From the NCBI GenBank assembly GCA_964016885.1, contig OZ024743.1, forward strand, positions 2,790,001 to 2,854,000: 64,000 bases of DNA. Direction: 5' to 3'. The notes under the pieces are model-generated. The model did no database searches. It had not been told where the DNA came from and saw nothing but the letters and a program-made list of their open reading frames with translations. Positions 53,345-64,000 of the stretch are shown here, one piece after another. A program made the position numbers and the translations under genes. Source of the stretch: Eledone cirrhosa (Eukaryota). How positions within the stretch are numbered: the first letter of the stretch is position 1; each line of letters opens with the position of its first letter.

Positions 53345-53775
53345 TCTTCTTCTTCATCATCACCTACTTATTCCTGAGAGGGTCGTGGGAGCAGAGTCCT
53401 CAAACACTCCTTCCAGCAAGTTCTGTCAGAAGAAACTGTCTCCAACTGATCTAGTTGGATCCCCAAATGAGACCAGCCAAGCTTGTTGATGTTATCCAAC
53501 CATCTTGCTTGGGGTCTACCCTGGGGTCTCCTGCTGGGTGGTTTTGCCTGTAAAATCTGTCCAGCAATTCTGTCCTGAGACATTCTAACCACATGCCCAT
53601 AGTATTGGAGCTGTAATCTCTCAATTCAGAGAAGTAGCGGCTCTACCTGGAGTGACTCTCTGATCTCCAAGCTAGGCACTCTATTATTCTAAAGACCCTT
53701 TGGAGGAACCCCATTTCGTCTGCTTGTATTTGCAATAGTATTATTTTGGTCATTACCCAAGATTCATGACCAGAA
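53345..53775 (-). mobile_element. RTE-like LINE 3' fragment ((GAA)n-tailed family)
   Basis: GHVVRM..DRIAGQIL..RRPQGRPQARWLDNI. Confidence 0.8.
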
Positions 53776-54644
53776 ATTAATTGAAGTGGGAAAAAAGTGT
53801 ATTTCATTAGAAATATGATAATGAAAGGATTAAAGATCCTTGTTTGGGAGAATATAAAGCATACCAGTAATTTATATTTTTGCTACGAACCCAGCGCTAG
53901 CTTAATGATATAAAACTACCCTATTTAAAATGCTCATATCATCATAAGTGATGTTTCAAACAGCAACTTAATATATATATTAGCTATTTTAACAAATTTT
54001 AAATCTTTTTTATTCAATTATTTTAAATATATAGGCAGGCGCATATGTAAGTTAGATGTTAGCCGCTGGTACATCTGTGGGGGTCAGTAGCTCTAGCTAA
54101 CTTGGTCTGTGAAGTCCTGTTCAACCCTTGCTAGCTAGGAAGATGGACGTTATATGATGATAAAGATGAAGTAGTGTATTTCATTAAAGACATGGTTTCA
54201 GAAAGCTTTATTTAAATTTGAGGAAGATAGAAGCATTGGTGTCAAGCCTGACGTCAGGCAATAGCGAGGAAAAAGAAAAGAAAAAAAAAAAGAAGAGAAA
54301 AGTATGTCGGGTGCCATTGTATAGTAAAACTGACTCAGAAATCACAAGTCAATAAGTCATACTTGTTATAAAGGGAGATAACTCACATGGAAATATATAC
54401 TGTAGGGTATTATTGTTCACACACACATTTGTTTGTATGCAGTGCTGGATTACTTATAAGCTATAGCTTAGGGCCACACACTATCGAGCGTCTCATTTTT
54501 TTAAGAATATATTATTTATTTCGTCATTAGTTCTTAATCTTTAACACTAAACCAACGAAAGTTACGCACACGCACACACACACATACATATATTGTTTAT
54601 TCTGTATCATTAACATTAATATAAAAAAATAATAATCATAGTAA

Positions 54645-54835
54645 TAATTGTTTCTACTTTTGACACAAGGCCAGCAATTACCCAGTGCATTACTGGTACT
54701 TTATTTTATTGACCCCCGTAAGGATGAAAGGCAAAGTTAACCTCGGCGGGCTTTGAACTCAGAATGGCAAGGGCCGTAACTCTATGCATCAAAGCATGGC
54801 GTCCGACCCTCTACCGATACTGCCAATCCACTCAC
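54645..54835 (-). mobile_element. SINE family A
   Basis: Near-identical to 2105-2293. Confidence 0.8.
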
Positions 54836-54991
54836 CTCACCTCACGATAATCATAGTAATAATGACAACAATTATGAAATAATAATTTTTTTAGAGAAGC
54901 TTAGGTCCTCAGCGAGCGAAAATCCGACTCTGTTTGTGTGTGTGTGTGTGTATATATATATGTGTATATGTATATATATCTACATATATAT

Positions 54992-55306
54992 GGAGGCACA
55001 TGGCTTAGCGGTTAGAGCATTGGCCTTGCAATCGAAAGGTTGTGAGTTCAATTCTCAGACCGGGTGATGTGTTGTTTCCTTGAGCAAGACACTTTATTTC
55101 ACATTGCTTCAGTTTACTCAGCTGTAGAAATGAGATGATAGGGACTCATTCTACTGCAAAGTGGTTGTGTAGGCGCCACGGAAAAAAGCACCCAGCACTC
55201 ACTGTAAATGAGGTTGGTGTTAGGAAGGGCATCCAGCTGTAGAAATCAAGCCAGAATCAGTTCCCGTCCCACCCTTGCAAGCAGGGAAAAGCGGACGTAA
55301 AATGAT

Positions 55307-55308
<2 letters not shown>
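54992..55308 (+). mobile_element. Full-length SINE family B
   Basis: Near-identical to 29533-29860. Confidence 0.9.
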
Positions 55309-55339
<31 letters not shown>

Positions 55340-55496
55340 TGGAATAAATGCTCTGAAATAGCGATATATATGTGAATATAGACATAGAATATTCGAAAAT
55401 ATTCTGTATGTTTATAATAAACATTTTGAAGACCTAATCGCTATAGAATAGAATACGTCACGTATTACAATTAGATTCTCGATAAAAGCAAGGGAA

Positions 55497-55539
55497 GTAA
55501 TCTACGCGTTTCATTCTTGTTAGAAATCATCAGGACTAC
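55497..55539 (-). ncRNA. Type I hammerhead ribozyme (unit 1)
   Basis: GTAGTC CTGATGA T-TTCT-AACA-AGAA-T GAAAC GC GTA GATTAC; predicted cut between 55503 and 55502. Confidence 0.85.
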
Positions 55540-55806
55540 ATATCCAGTGCTTTTATCGAGAATGACACAGCTAGAGACTTATAGAATACTTAGCTGTGTA
55601 CAGGAACTGGTTTGAAAGAGCGGTTGCCGGTCCGGCAGAAATTAGAAATTGGAATAAATGCTCTGAAATAGCGATATATATGTGAATATAGACATAGAAT
55701 ATTCGAAAATATTCTGTATGTTTATAATAAACATTTTGAAGACCTAATCGCTATAGAATAGAATACGTCACGTATTACAATTAGATTCTCGATAAAAGCA
55801 AGGGAA

Positions 55807-55849
55807 GTAATCTACGCGTTTCATTCTTGTTAGAAATCATCAGGACTAC
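55807..55849 (-). ncRNA. Type I hammerhead ribozyme (unit 2)
   Basis: Identical to unit 1. Confidence 0.85.
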
Positions 55850-56116
55850 ATATCCAGTGCTTTTATCGAGAATGACACAGCTAGAGACTTATAGAATACT
55901 TAGCTGTGTACAGGAACTGGTTTGAAAGAGCGGTTGCCGGTCCGGCAGAAATTAGAAATTGGAATAAATGCTCTGAAATAGCGATATATATGTGAATATA
56001 GACATAGAATATTCGAAAATATTCTGTATGTTTATAATAAACATTTTGAAGACCTAATCGCTATAGAATAGAATACGTCACGTATTACAATTAGATTCTC
56101 GATAAAAGCAAGGGAA

Positions 56117-56159
56117 GTAATCTACGCGTTTCATTCTTGTTAGAAATCATCAGGACTAC
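56117..56159 (-). ncRNA. Type I hammerhead ribozyme (unit 3)
   Basis: Identical to unit 1. Confidence 0.85.
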
Positions 56160-56426
56160 ATATCCAGTGCTTTTATCGAGAATGACACAGCTAGAGACTT
56201 ATAGAATACTTAGCTGTGTACAGGAACTGGTTTGAAAGAGCGGTTGCCGGTCCGGCAGAAATTAGAAATTGGAATAAATGCTCTGAAATAGCGATATATA
56301 TGTGAATATAGACATAGAATATTCGAAAATATTCTGTATGTTTATAATAAACATTTTGAAGACCTAATCGCTATAGAATAGAATACGTCACGTATTACAA
56401 TTAGATTCTCGATAAAAGCAAGGGAA

Positions 56427-56469
56427 GTAATCTACGCGTTTCATTCTTGTTAGAAATCATCAGGACTAC
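56427..56469 (-). ncRNA. Type I hammerhead ribozyme (unit 4)
   Basis: Identical to unit 1. Confidence 0.85.
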
Positions 56470-56736
56470 ATATCCAGTGCTTTTATCGAGAATGACACAG
56501 CTAGAGACTTATAGAATACTTAGCTGTGTACAGGAACTGGTTTGAAAGAGCGGTTGCCGGTCCGGCAGAAATTAGAAATTGGAATAAATGCTCTGAAATA
56601 GCGATATATATGTGAATATAGACATAGAATATTCGAAAATATTCTGTATGTTTATAATAAACATTTTGAAGACCTAATCGCTATAGAATAGAATACGTCA
56701 CGTATTACAATTAGATTCTCGATAAAAGCAAGGGAA

Positions 56737-56779
56737 GTAATCTACGCGTTTCATTCTTGTTAGAAATCATCAGGACTAC
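56737..56779 (-). ncRNA. Type I hammerhead ribozyme (unit 5)
   Basis: Identical to unit 1. Confidence 0.85.
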
Positions 56780-56839
56780 ATATCCAGTGCTTTTATCGAG
56801 AAAACACACCACATACTATAGTATACTATACTATATATA

Positions 56840-56926
56840 CCGTATTTCCCGGCGTCGAAGATGCTACTTTTTTCTTAAAATAAGTTTCAAAAATCTATCG
56901 TGCGTTTTCGAAGACGGGAAATACGG
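56840..56926. mobile_element. Tc2/pogo-like MITE (87 bp)
   Basis: TA|CCGTATTTCCCG...CGGGAAATACGG|TA. Confidence 0.8.
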
Positions 56927-57357
56927 TATATATAAATATACACATATATTATATAGTACACTACCACGCACTATAATGTACGATAGTTAATGTCTCCAGA
57001 AGACGTCTGCCTAGTATCTTGAGATATGATAGAGACACTTAGTAGATAGCTAAGTACATTTAAGTCTTGCTCCTTCAAACTGACCCAAAATTGGAATAAC
57101 TTTTCTTACTGTACATGTATTTATTGTATGTGTATGTATGTGTGTGTACTTATGTATGTACATATATTCGTGTATATGTGTGTGTGAATGTATTTCTTGT
57201 ATGTATGTACAATGCTCCATCATCATCATATCGTTTTTACGTCCATTTTTCCACATTTGCTTGGGTTGGACGGATTCTTTTCAGCACAGCACCTCTCCAC
57301 TTATCGTGTTCCTTCATCTCCTCTGTGAATCACAGCAGTTTGTGACTCGTTTATATA

Positions 57358-57950
57358 TAAATAATAATAATATTGAAATTATTGTGTACAGTGCTCAGGT
57401 GCACTACAACTCATCAAAGGTGCATGTATAGTACATCGAATAATGTACAAATGTCAGGAGAGTGAACAGTGTATGAGTCATGATATACATGTGTGCGTGT
57501 GTATGGAGGGGTGTAGGGGGATATCAGGTGTAGTCTTGGCGAATTTCGGGAAGCATGGAGGTTTTAAAGGATGCAGTGTCTTGGCAGCTCACAACTGATG
57601 TAGGTAGTTTGTCCCATGCTTCAGCAACTCTGAGCGTGAAAAATTTTAGGCATATCCACGGGTGTGAGACATGAAATTCAAAAAGGTGCTCAGGGTTGTT
57701 GTTGGCAAGATGTTTAATAATTTTGTGGGTGTTTATCAAGTCAGTTGCCAGACGTTGGAACTTCAATGTATTCATGCCCAGGGAAGCAAAGCGTTCAGAG
57801 TATGGTAGATGCCTGATGGAGGGTATTCGCTTGGTTGTACGTGTCTGAACAGTTTCCAGGAGGTCAATACCTTGAGCAAGATAGGGGTTCCAGACTGGTG
57901 ATGCAAATTCTAAATGTGGCCGCACCATAGCTATATATAGCTTTAAATAG
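57358..57950 (-). mobile_element. CR1-clade LINE 3' fragment
   Basis: ORF 57524-57928, same family as 35190-35835. Confidence 0.9.
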
Positions 57951-57985
57951 ATAGTTGTATGTATATATGCATATATTTGTATGCA

Positions 57986-58026
<41 letters not shown>

Positions 58027-58122
58027 CTGTCTGTCTGTGGGTATGTATGTATGTCTATTGTATATGTATCTATTACTATGTATTTCTGCAGTTATATATA
58101 CACTGAAGTTGTATCTTTGTTA

Positions 58123-58175
<53 letters not shown>

Positions 58176-58779
58176 GTACAAAATACTGATTTCTTTAGAA
58201 TTGCTGAAAGTGTCTCCTTTATACTTTTTGTGGTTTCAAGATTGAAGAGACTTGAAATTGTTTGAACAATATTGTCTATTACTGGAAATTTGATTGCTCT
58301 TGAGTTCACTTCATGCCAAGTGAGCGATTCACTTCATTTTAATAAGATATTTCACTTGAGCTAATTTAGATAATGCTGGTCATTTTTCTCAAAGGTTATC
58401 AATTTTACTTTACCCCTTTTAATACCAAACCACCTGGTTTTACTATATAAAACTGTTTGTTTTAAAGTGTTTATCTTAAAACCTTCCATCATAATTTTAT
58501 GTAAGAAACTTCAAGTTATGTTCCAAATACCAACTAAATAATGAGTTCTAATTTAGGCATAGTGTCAGCAGTTAGAGCGGAGGGGAAAGTCAGTTATATC
58601 AGCCCTAGTACTTTACTGGTGATTTATTTCATTGACCCCTGAAGGATAAAAAATAAAGTTGACCTTAGTGGGAACACCAAGTAAACAATGAGAATGTTAT
58701 TTTACTAAATCCCTTCAAATTATTGATTATTTTCAAAATCATTTGAAAATGATAGGCAATGTCTTTACTACTCACAAGG

Positions 58780-59040
58780 GTTAACTATACACAGGGTTTA
58801 ACTACACATATAGGGTTAAGTACAGACATGGGGTTAACAACATGCAAGGTTACAAGGTTAACTACATACACACAGGGTTCACTACACACACACAGTTAAT
58901 TACATACACACACACACAGGGCTAATTACATACATGGGGTTAACTACACACACACACACACAGGATTAACTACACACACACAGGATTAACTACACACGCA
59001 CACAGGGTTAACCACACACACACACATAAGGTTAACTACA
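58780..59040. repeat. GGGTTAACTA(CA)n minisatellite
   Basis: Directly visible; begins at the GGG|TTAA end of an old piggyBac-like MITE (58412-58780). Confidence 0.8.
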
Positions 59041-59869
59041 TACAAATCTATACTGCAAACTATCATATGCACCTGTAAACTGGAGATGAAAAAAAATTGG
59101 ACATTAAAACCAAGGCTGACCAGAGGAGGGGTGGTAGGGCAACCAGGTGACATGGTAAACGATTTTGAGGTGTTCTACTAACCTGGAGAAGGTGGCCAAT
59201 TGGCAGAGTCGTTAGAATGTCAGATTATTTTGCAGTATTTGTTCCGGCTCTCGGCTTTCTGAGTTCAAATCTCATCAAGGTCAATTTTGCCTTTCATTTT
59301 TTTCAAGGTTAATTAAAAAAAAAATATCAGTATAGTACTGGGGTTGATGTTTCCTCTATATCTCTTTCTCACTTCCTGTCTCTCGCATTCTTTCTTTCTC
59401 TGGAAGAAATCTGCTGTGTGCAGACCTGGAGAGGGATGGGCTTCGTTGGGCTTAAATGCCCAAGAAACACTGTATGCCACTATGGCACCCCCATGACTCC
59501 ATCAGGAGTTACAGGACCACACCATTTATTCTGTTCTGTTGACTGTAAATACACTATTTACTTTACAAACATGTATATATACCTATAACCCATACAGAGC
59601 CATATATATTTCATACTGAGTATTAGAATACTTAATGAACAGTTTGTGGTTGGTATTAAGGATTTTAATTTAGAATATTAATAATTTAAATCTAGAAGGT
59701 AAGAACCTCATAAACCTTAGGAGCCATTTGAAAATTTATAGAGTCTAGTTTAGGCTACTATATCGAATATTTGAAAATCTATAATCTAGTATAGGCTACT
59801 ATATTAAACAAGATGTAAGAATTAAAGGCATTATGGTAGCATTTCTCACTTCAGAAATATATGATTTAA

Positions 59870-60300
59870 TCCTTTTGTTATCATATTTCTAATGAAAATA
59901 CTATCATTTTTTAAATGTATTTGAAAGTCAAGGATTTGAAGGGATTTAGTATATAATGAACCCTGTCATTATTAAGTTGGAATTTGGAACATTGCTTAAC
60001 AAAGGTTCATACATAAAATTATGATGGAAGATTTTTAGATGATTATAAAACTTGAAAATAAACATTTTTGTTTTGTAGAACTAAGGGCTATTTCTAATGA
60101 AAAGCACTACCTATGATTTTGAAAAAATCATGAAGAAATAATGGAGAATTTCATTATCAGAAGTGTTTGGGACATAATTTAACAAAGGTTCTTACACGAA
60201 ATTATGATTGTAGGTTTTTAGACAAATCTAAACATTTAAAAATAAACAGTTCTCTATTGTAAAATCAGGGATGGTTTCAAGTGGTTTTGTATCAAAAAGG
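59870..60300. mobile_element. Older piggyBac-like MITE family
   Basis: TTAA|TCCTTTTGTTA...TATCAAAAAGG|TTAA; degenerate relatives near 17290-17630, 38535-39030 and 58412-58780. Confidence 0.55.
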
Positions 60301-62374
60301 TTAATAAAAGACTAACAGAAAACATAACATCAACATTCCATTGAACAAAGATTTATTATCCTCTCTTTTACTTGCTTCGTTATTTTAAAAAATTCATCTT
60401 TCTTATAATCTCCGTCATTGCCTCTAGCATGACCATCACGTCTTGTTTTTAGACAAAGTTCTAATTTATATGTCTAATTTAGTTCTAGGTTCTATTTTAT
60501 ATGACTTGGTTGTTGAAACTTCTCTTGAAATCCATTTTGTGACCTATACATAGCCCACCCTGTTGAGGGTTTGTGTTACCCCTGTGTTAAAATACTTGGC
60601 CGACTCTATTGAGAGCCTGTTGAGGGGCAGTTGTTTTTGACAACATGTCCCAATTGGTTCAATCAATGCAACAGCCTGCTTGTGAAATTAACATGAAAGT
60701 AGATGAGCATTCCACAGACACATGCGCCCTTAACATAGTTCTCAGGGAGATTCTGCATGACACATTGTGCGAGAAAGCTGGCCCTTTGAATTACAGGTAC
60801 AACCCACTTTTGTCAGCTCGGTGAACTGAAGCAACATCGAGTATAGTGACTTACTGAAGGACCCAGCATGCCATTGGGAATTGAGCCTATGATCTTACGG
60901 TCGTGAGTCAAACTCTCCTAACCATTAAACTATGTGCTTTCACTATAACTTACACGCACACGCACACGCACACGCACACGCACACGCACACGCACACACA
61001 CACACGTGTGTGTGAATGTGTGTGGTCAAATGGTTAGGGTGTTAGTTTTACATTCATAATTTTGTGAATTCAATTCCTGGACTGGATGACACATTGTTTT
61101 CTTGAGCAAGTCACTTAATTTCATGCTGCTTTCCATGATAGGACTGGGGCCCCTATCATTAAAACATATAAGAAACCAAACCTCCTGAGAGGACTGGGGC
61201 CCTTATCATTAAAACATTCGAGAAACCTCCTGAGAGGACTAGGGCCCTTATCATTAAAACAATTGAGAAATCTCCAGTGGTGACTGGGGTCCTATTATGA
61301 AAACACCCATGTAGTCTGATGCTCATAGGAGGCAACTAAACTTGTATAGGTGTGAGCTATAAATGTCATTTTAATGTTCGTGTTTGTGTGCACGTGCATG
61401 TTTGTGTATGTTGCTTCTCTTCTCTTTGTATTATATGTAGGTGGTGACATTTGTTTATGTTCTGCATCAACTAATCTCCTGCTGCTCAGTAGTTAGATGT
61501 AAGAAAAGATCCTTACTTAAAAAGACGAGGGTTGATGTCATGTAGGGCTTCCAACCATAGAATTCTGCCCTGAGAAGTCTCATCTGACCCATGCTAGCAT
61601 AGAACACAATGAACATAAAACTGATGGTGGTGGTGGTGGTGATTATGATGGTGATGACACACTAAAGCTACTACAGCCATCCCTCGAAATTGAGTATGAC
61701 TTGGTAGTGTGTAATTATGATTTTTGTATAGGGTTTTTAGATGTTTATGCAGTTGCAAGCAGACTCGGACACTCTCTTGACCCACTTCCTCTCTTGGTCC
61801 AGCTGAATATTCAGTATGTGACAGTTTAAAGAAGAGAGGTGGAGGTGGGGGCTGACCCTCACCGAGTTGGTACTTTCTTTATCCAATCCGAATGGCTGAA
61901 GGGCAAAGTTGACTTTGGTGGGGTTTCAACTCAGAATGCAGAGACCTGAACAAATATCAATTGCTCTAATAACTCTGCTAAATCAACTGCCTTACCCCCC
62001 CCCCCCCCACATAGCTCCATCCCCACCCTATTTCATATGTAATAATATGTTTATGCTTCTAACATTGATTCTCTATCCCCTGCCCACCACCACCATCATC
62101 AGTATCACCTCTATCACCATCATAACAACCACTATCACCAATATTACACTTAGCACCATCACCACAATAACCACCAGCAGCACCAGCACTACCATTTCCC
62201 CCTTGTAATGTTTCACAGATTGTTAAATGTTACAAACTATGAATGGATTATGTTGGCCATTTGCAATAACCCCACCCCTCCTTCCTCCTCTACACCACTC
62301 CCTTCTTCTTCAACGTTACACCTCCCACATGCTATATCTTTGCTTTTTACTTTTCTCACCTCCTCCTTCTCAAC

Positions 62375-63280
62375 TACTACCACCACCACCAATGATGCCG
62401 CCACCACCAATGTCACCACCACCACCACCGCCACCATCAATGTCACCACATCCACCACCAATGTCACCACCAATGTCACCACCACCACCACCACCACCAA
62501 TGTCACCACCACCACCACCACCACCACCAATGTCACCACCACCACCACCACCACCAATGTCACCACCACCACCACCGCCACCACCAATGTCACCACCACC
62601 ACCACCGCCACCATCAATGTCACCACATCCACCACCAATGTCACCACCACCACCACCACCATCAATGTCACCACCACCACCACCACCACCATCAATGTCA
62701 CCACCGCCACCATCAATGTCACCGCCACCACCAATGTCACCACATCCACCACCGCCACCACCAATGTCACCGCCACCACCAATGTCACCACCACCGCCAC
62801 CATCAATGTCACCACATCCACCACCAATGTCACCACCACCACCACCGCCACCATCAATGTCACCGCCACCACCAATGTCACCACATCCACCACCGCCACC
62901 ACCAATGTCACCACCACCACCACCACCACCATCAATGTCACCGCCACCATCAATGTCACCACATCCACCACCACCACCACCACCGCCACCACCAATGTCA
63001 CCACCACCGCCACCACCAATGTCACCACCACCACCACCGCCACCACCAATGTCACCACATCCACCACCAATGTCACCACCACCACCACCGCCACCATCAA
63101 TGTCACCGCCACCACCAATGTCACCACATCCACCACCACCACCACCACCGCCACCACCAATGTCACCACCACCACCACCGCCACCACCAATGTCACCACA
63201 TCCACCACCAATGTCACCACCACCACCACCACCACCGCCACCACCAATGTCACCACATCCACCACCATATCTACCACCAC
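62375..63280. repeat. (ACC)n-AATGTC compound minisatellite
   Basis: Directly visible; produces stop-free frames on both strands. Confidence 0.95.
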
Positions 63281-64000
63281 ATTTGACAGTTTCACAAATG
63301 CCTATAATATCATTTAATAAGAGCATGATTAAAAATAACAAGCAATGGTACTGAACAAACTCTCTCCCCCACCCTCCCTCATTTGTCTTAACACATACAC
63401 ACACACATACATGTATACACTCAACCCACCCCCAATTTCTCAAAAACACACCCATTCTCTTCTCTCTCACACACATACTACCCTGTACACACCCACACAC
63501 ATTCTTCTCACCCCCAACCGCCACAACCTCCTTGCATGCACAAACACACTCTTAAATATCAACACAAACACATACTTTGTCTACTTTAAAATATCACACC
63601 TACACATGTTCTCTCACATTTCTACTTACACTAGTGTGCGCACATACACACACGCTCATACACACACACACACACATGCTACCACCATCATCATCACCAC
63701 CACCACCACCACCGCCGCCATCACCATCATCATTTAATGTTTTCCCTGCTAGCAAGTGCTGGACAGGTTAGGTCAGTACTTAATCGGAGATACTGACCTC
63801 TCAGAAGGGCCAGCAGCCTGATTCTTACTTACATACATTCCCTCATTCTACAGAATCTGCCATGTTCATTTTATCATGGCACCAGCACAAGGGAGCGTGT
63901 AATGTTTTTGGCATAGTTTAAAGAGTCCTCATGACTCTTCGTTTGGCAAGTTTTCTGCAGCTGGATGCCCTTCCTATCACCAATCATTGTACAGAGTACA

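Larger units (their letters stand above)
55333..56802 (-). mobile_element. 310-bp tandem array with one hammerhead per unit (non-LTR retrozyme / Penelope-dependent element candidate)
   Basis: Units start at 55333, 55643, 55953, 56263 and 56573 (4.7 copies, identical by eye); five minus-strand hammerheads; (TA)n at the 3' junction. Confidence 0.85.

Noticed and set aside
55425-55470. Possible second, plus-strand hammerhead in the 310-bp unit (TTGAAGA...GAATAC..GTA)
   Set aside because: Both core boxes deviate from CUGANGA and GAAA, and no convincing stem I is present.
55333-56802. CRISPR array or plain satellite interpretation of the 310-bp repeat
   Set aside because: No variable spacers, no cas genes and a eukaryotic context; the hammerhead core explains it better.
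62208-63524. Long Thr-, Pro-, Val- and Gly-rich ORFs (350-384 aa), superficially mucin- or extensin-like
   Set aside because: Four frames are open at once because the (ACC)n-AATGTC repeat lacks stops; there is no unique domain or clear splice context. Only RNA-seq or proteomics could rescue it.

Overview
AT-rich, repeat-saturated eukaryotic DNA. The SINE, RTE and microsatellite content resembles a cephalopod (Octopus-like) genome; this is an inference from repeat families, not a database result. I found no convincing host protein-coding gene. Every recognisable protein fragment is transposon-derived: RTE, CR1, Tx1/L1 and CRE-type REL-endonuclease retroelements, plus a mariner transposase. There are also many SINEs, MITEs (piggyBac, hAT, Tc2/pogo, Ginger-like) and mini/microsatellites. 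The main observation is a set of hammerhead-ribozyme elements. An array of apparently identical 310-bp units (55333-56802) carries a type I hammerhead on the minus strand of every unit, the layout expected of a non-LTR retrozyme that could make circular RNA. Four further hammerhead-like motifs (28.4, 28.7, 41.9 and 50.4 kb) lie in short elements that also end at (TA)n tracts. Other highlights are an RTE reverse transcriptase with a PHD (C4HC3) finger inserted inside the RT domain (4 copies), a Ginger-like element carrying a tRNA-Trp 3' half with CCA inside a long inverted repeat, and a SINE/LINE pair sharing an identical 43-nt tail. Coordinates were counted by hand, and boundaries of degenerate repeats are approximate.
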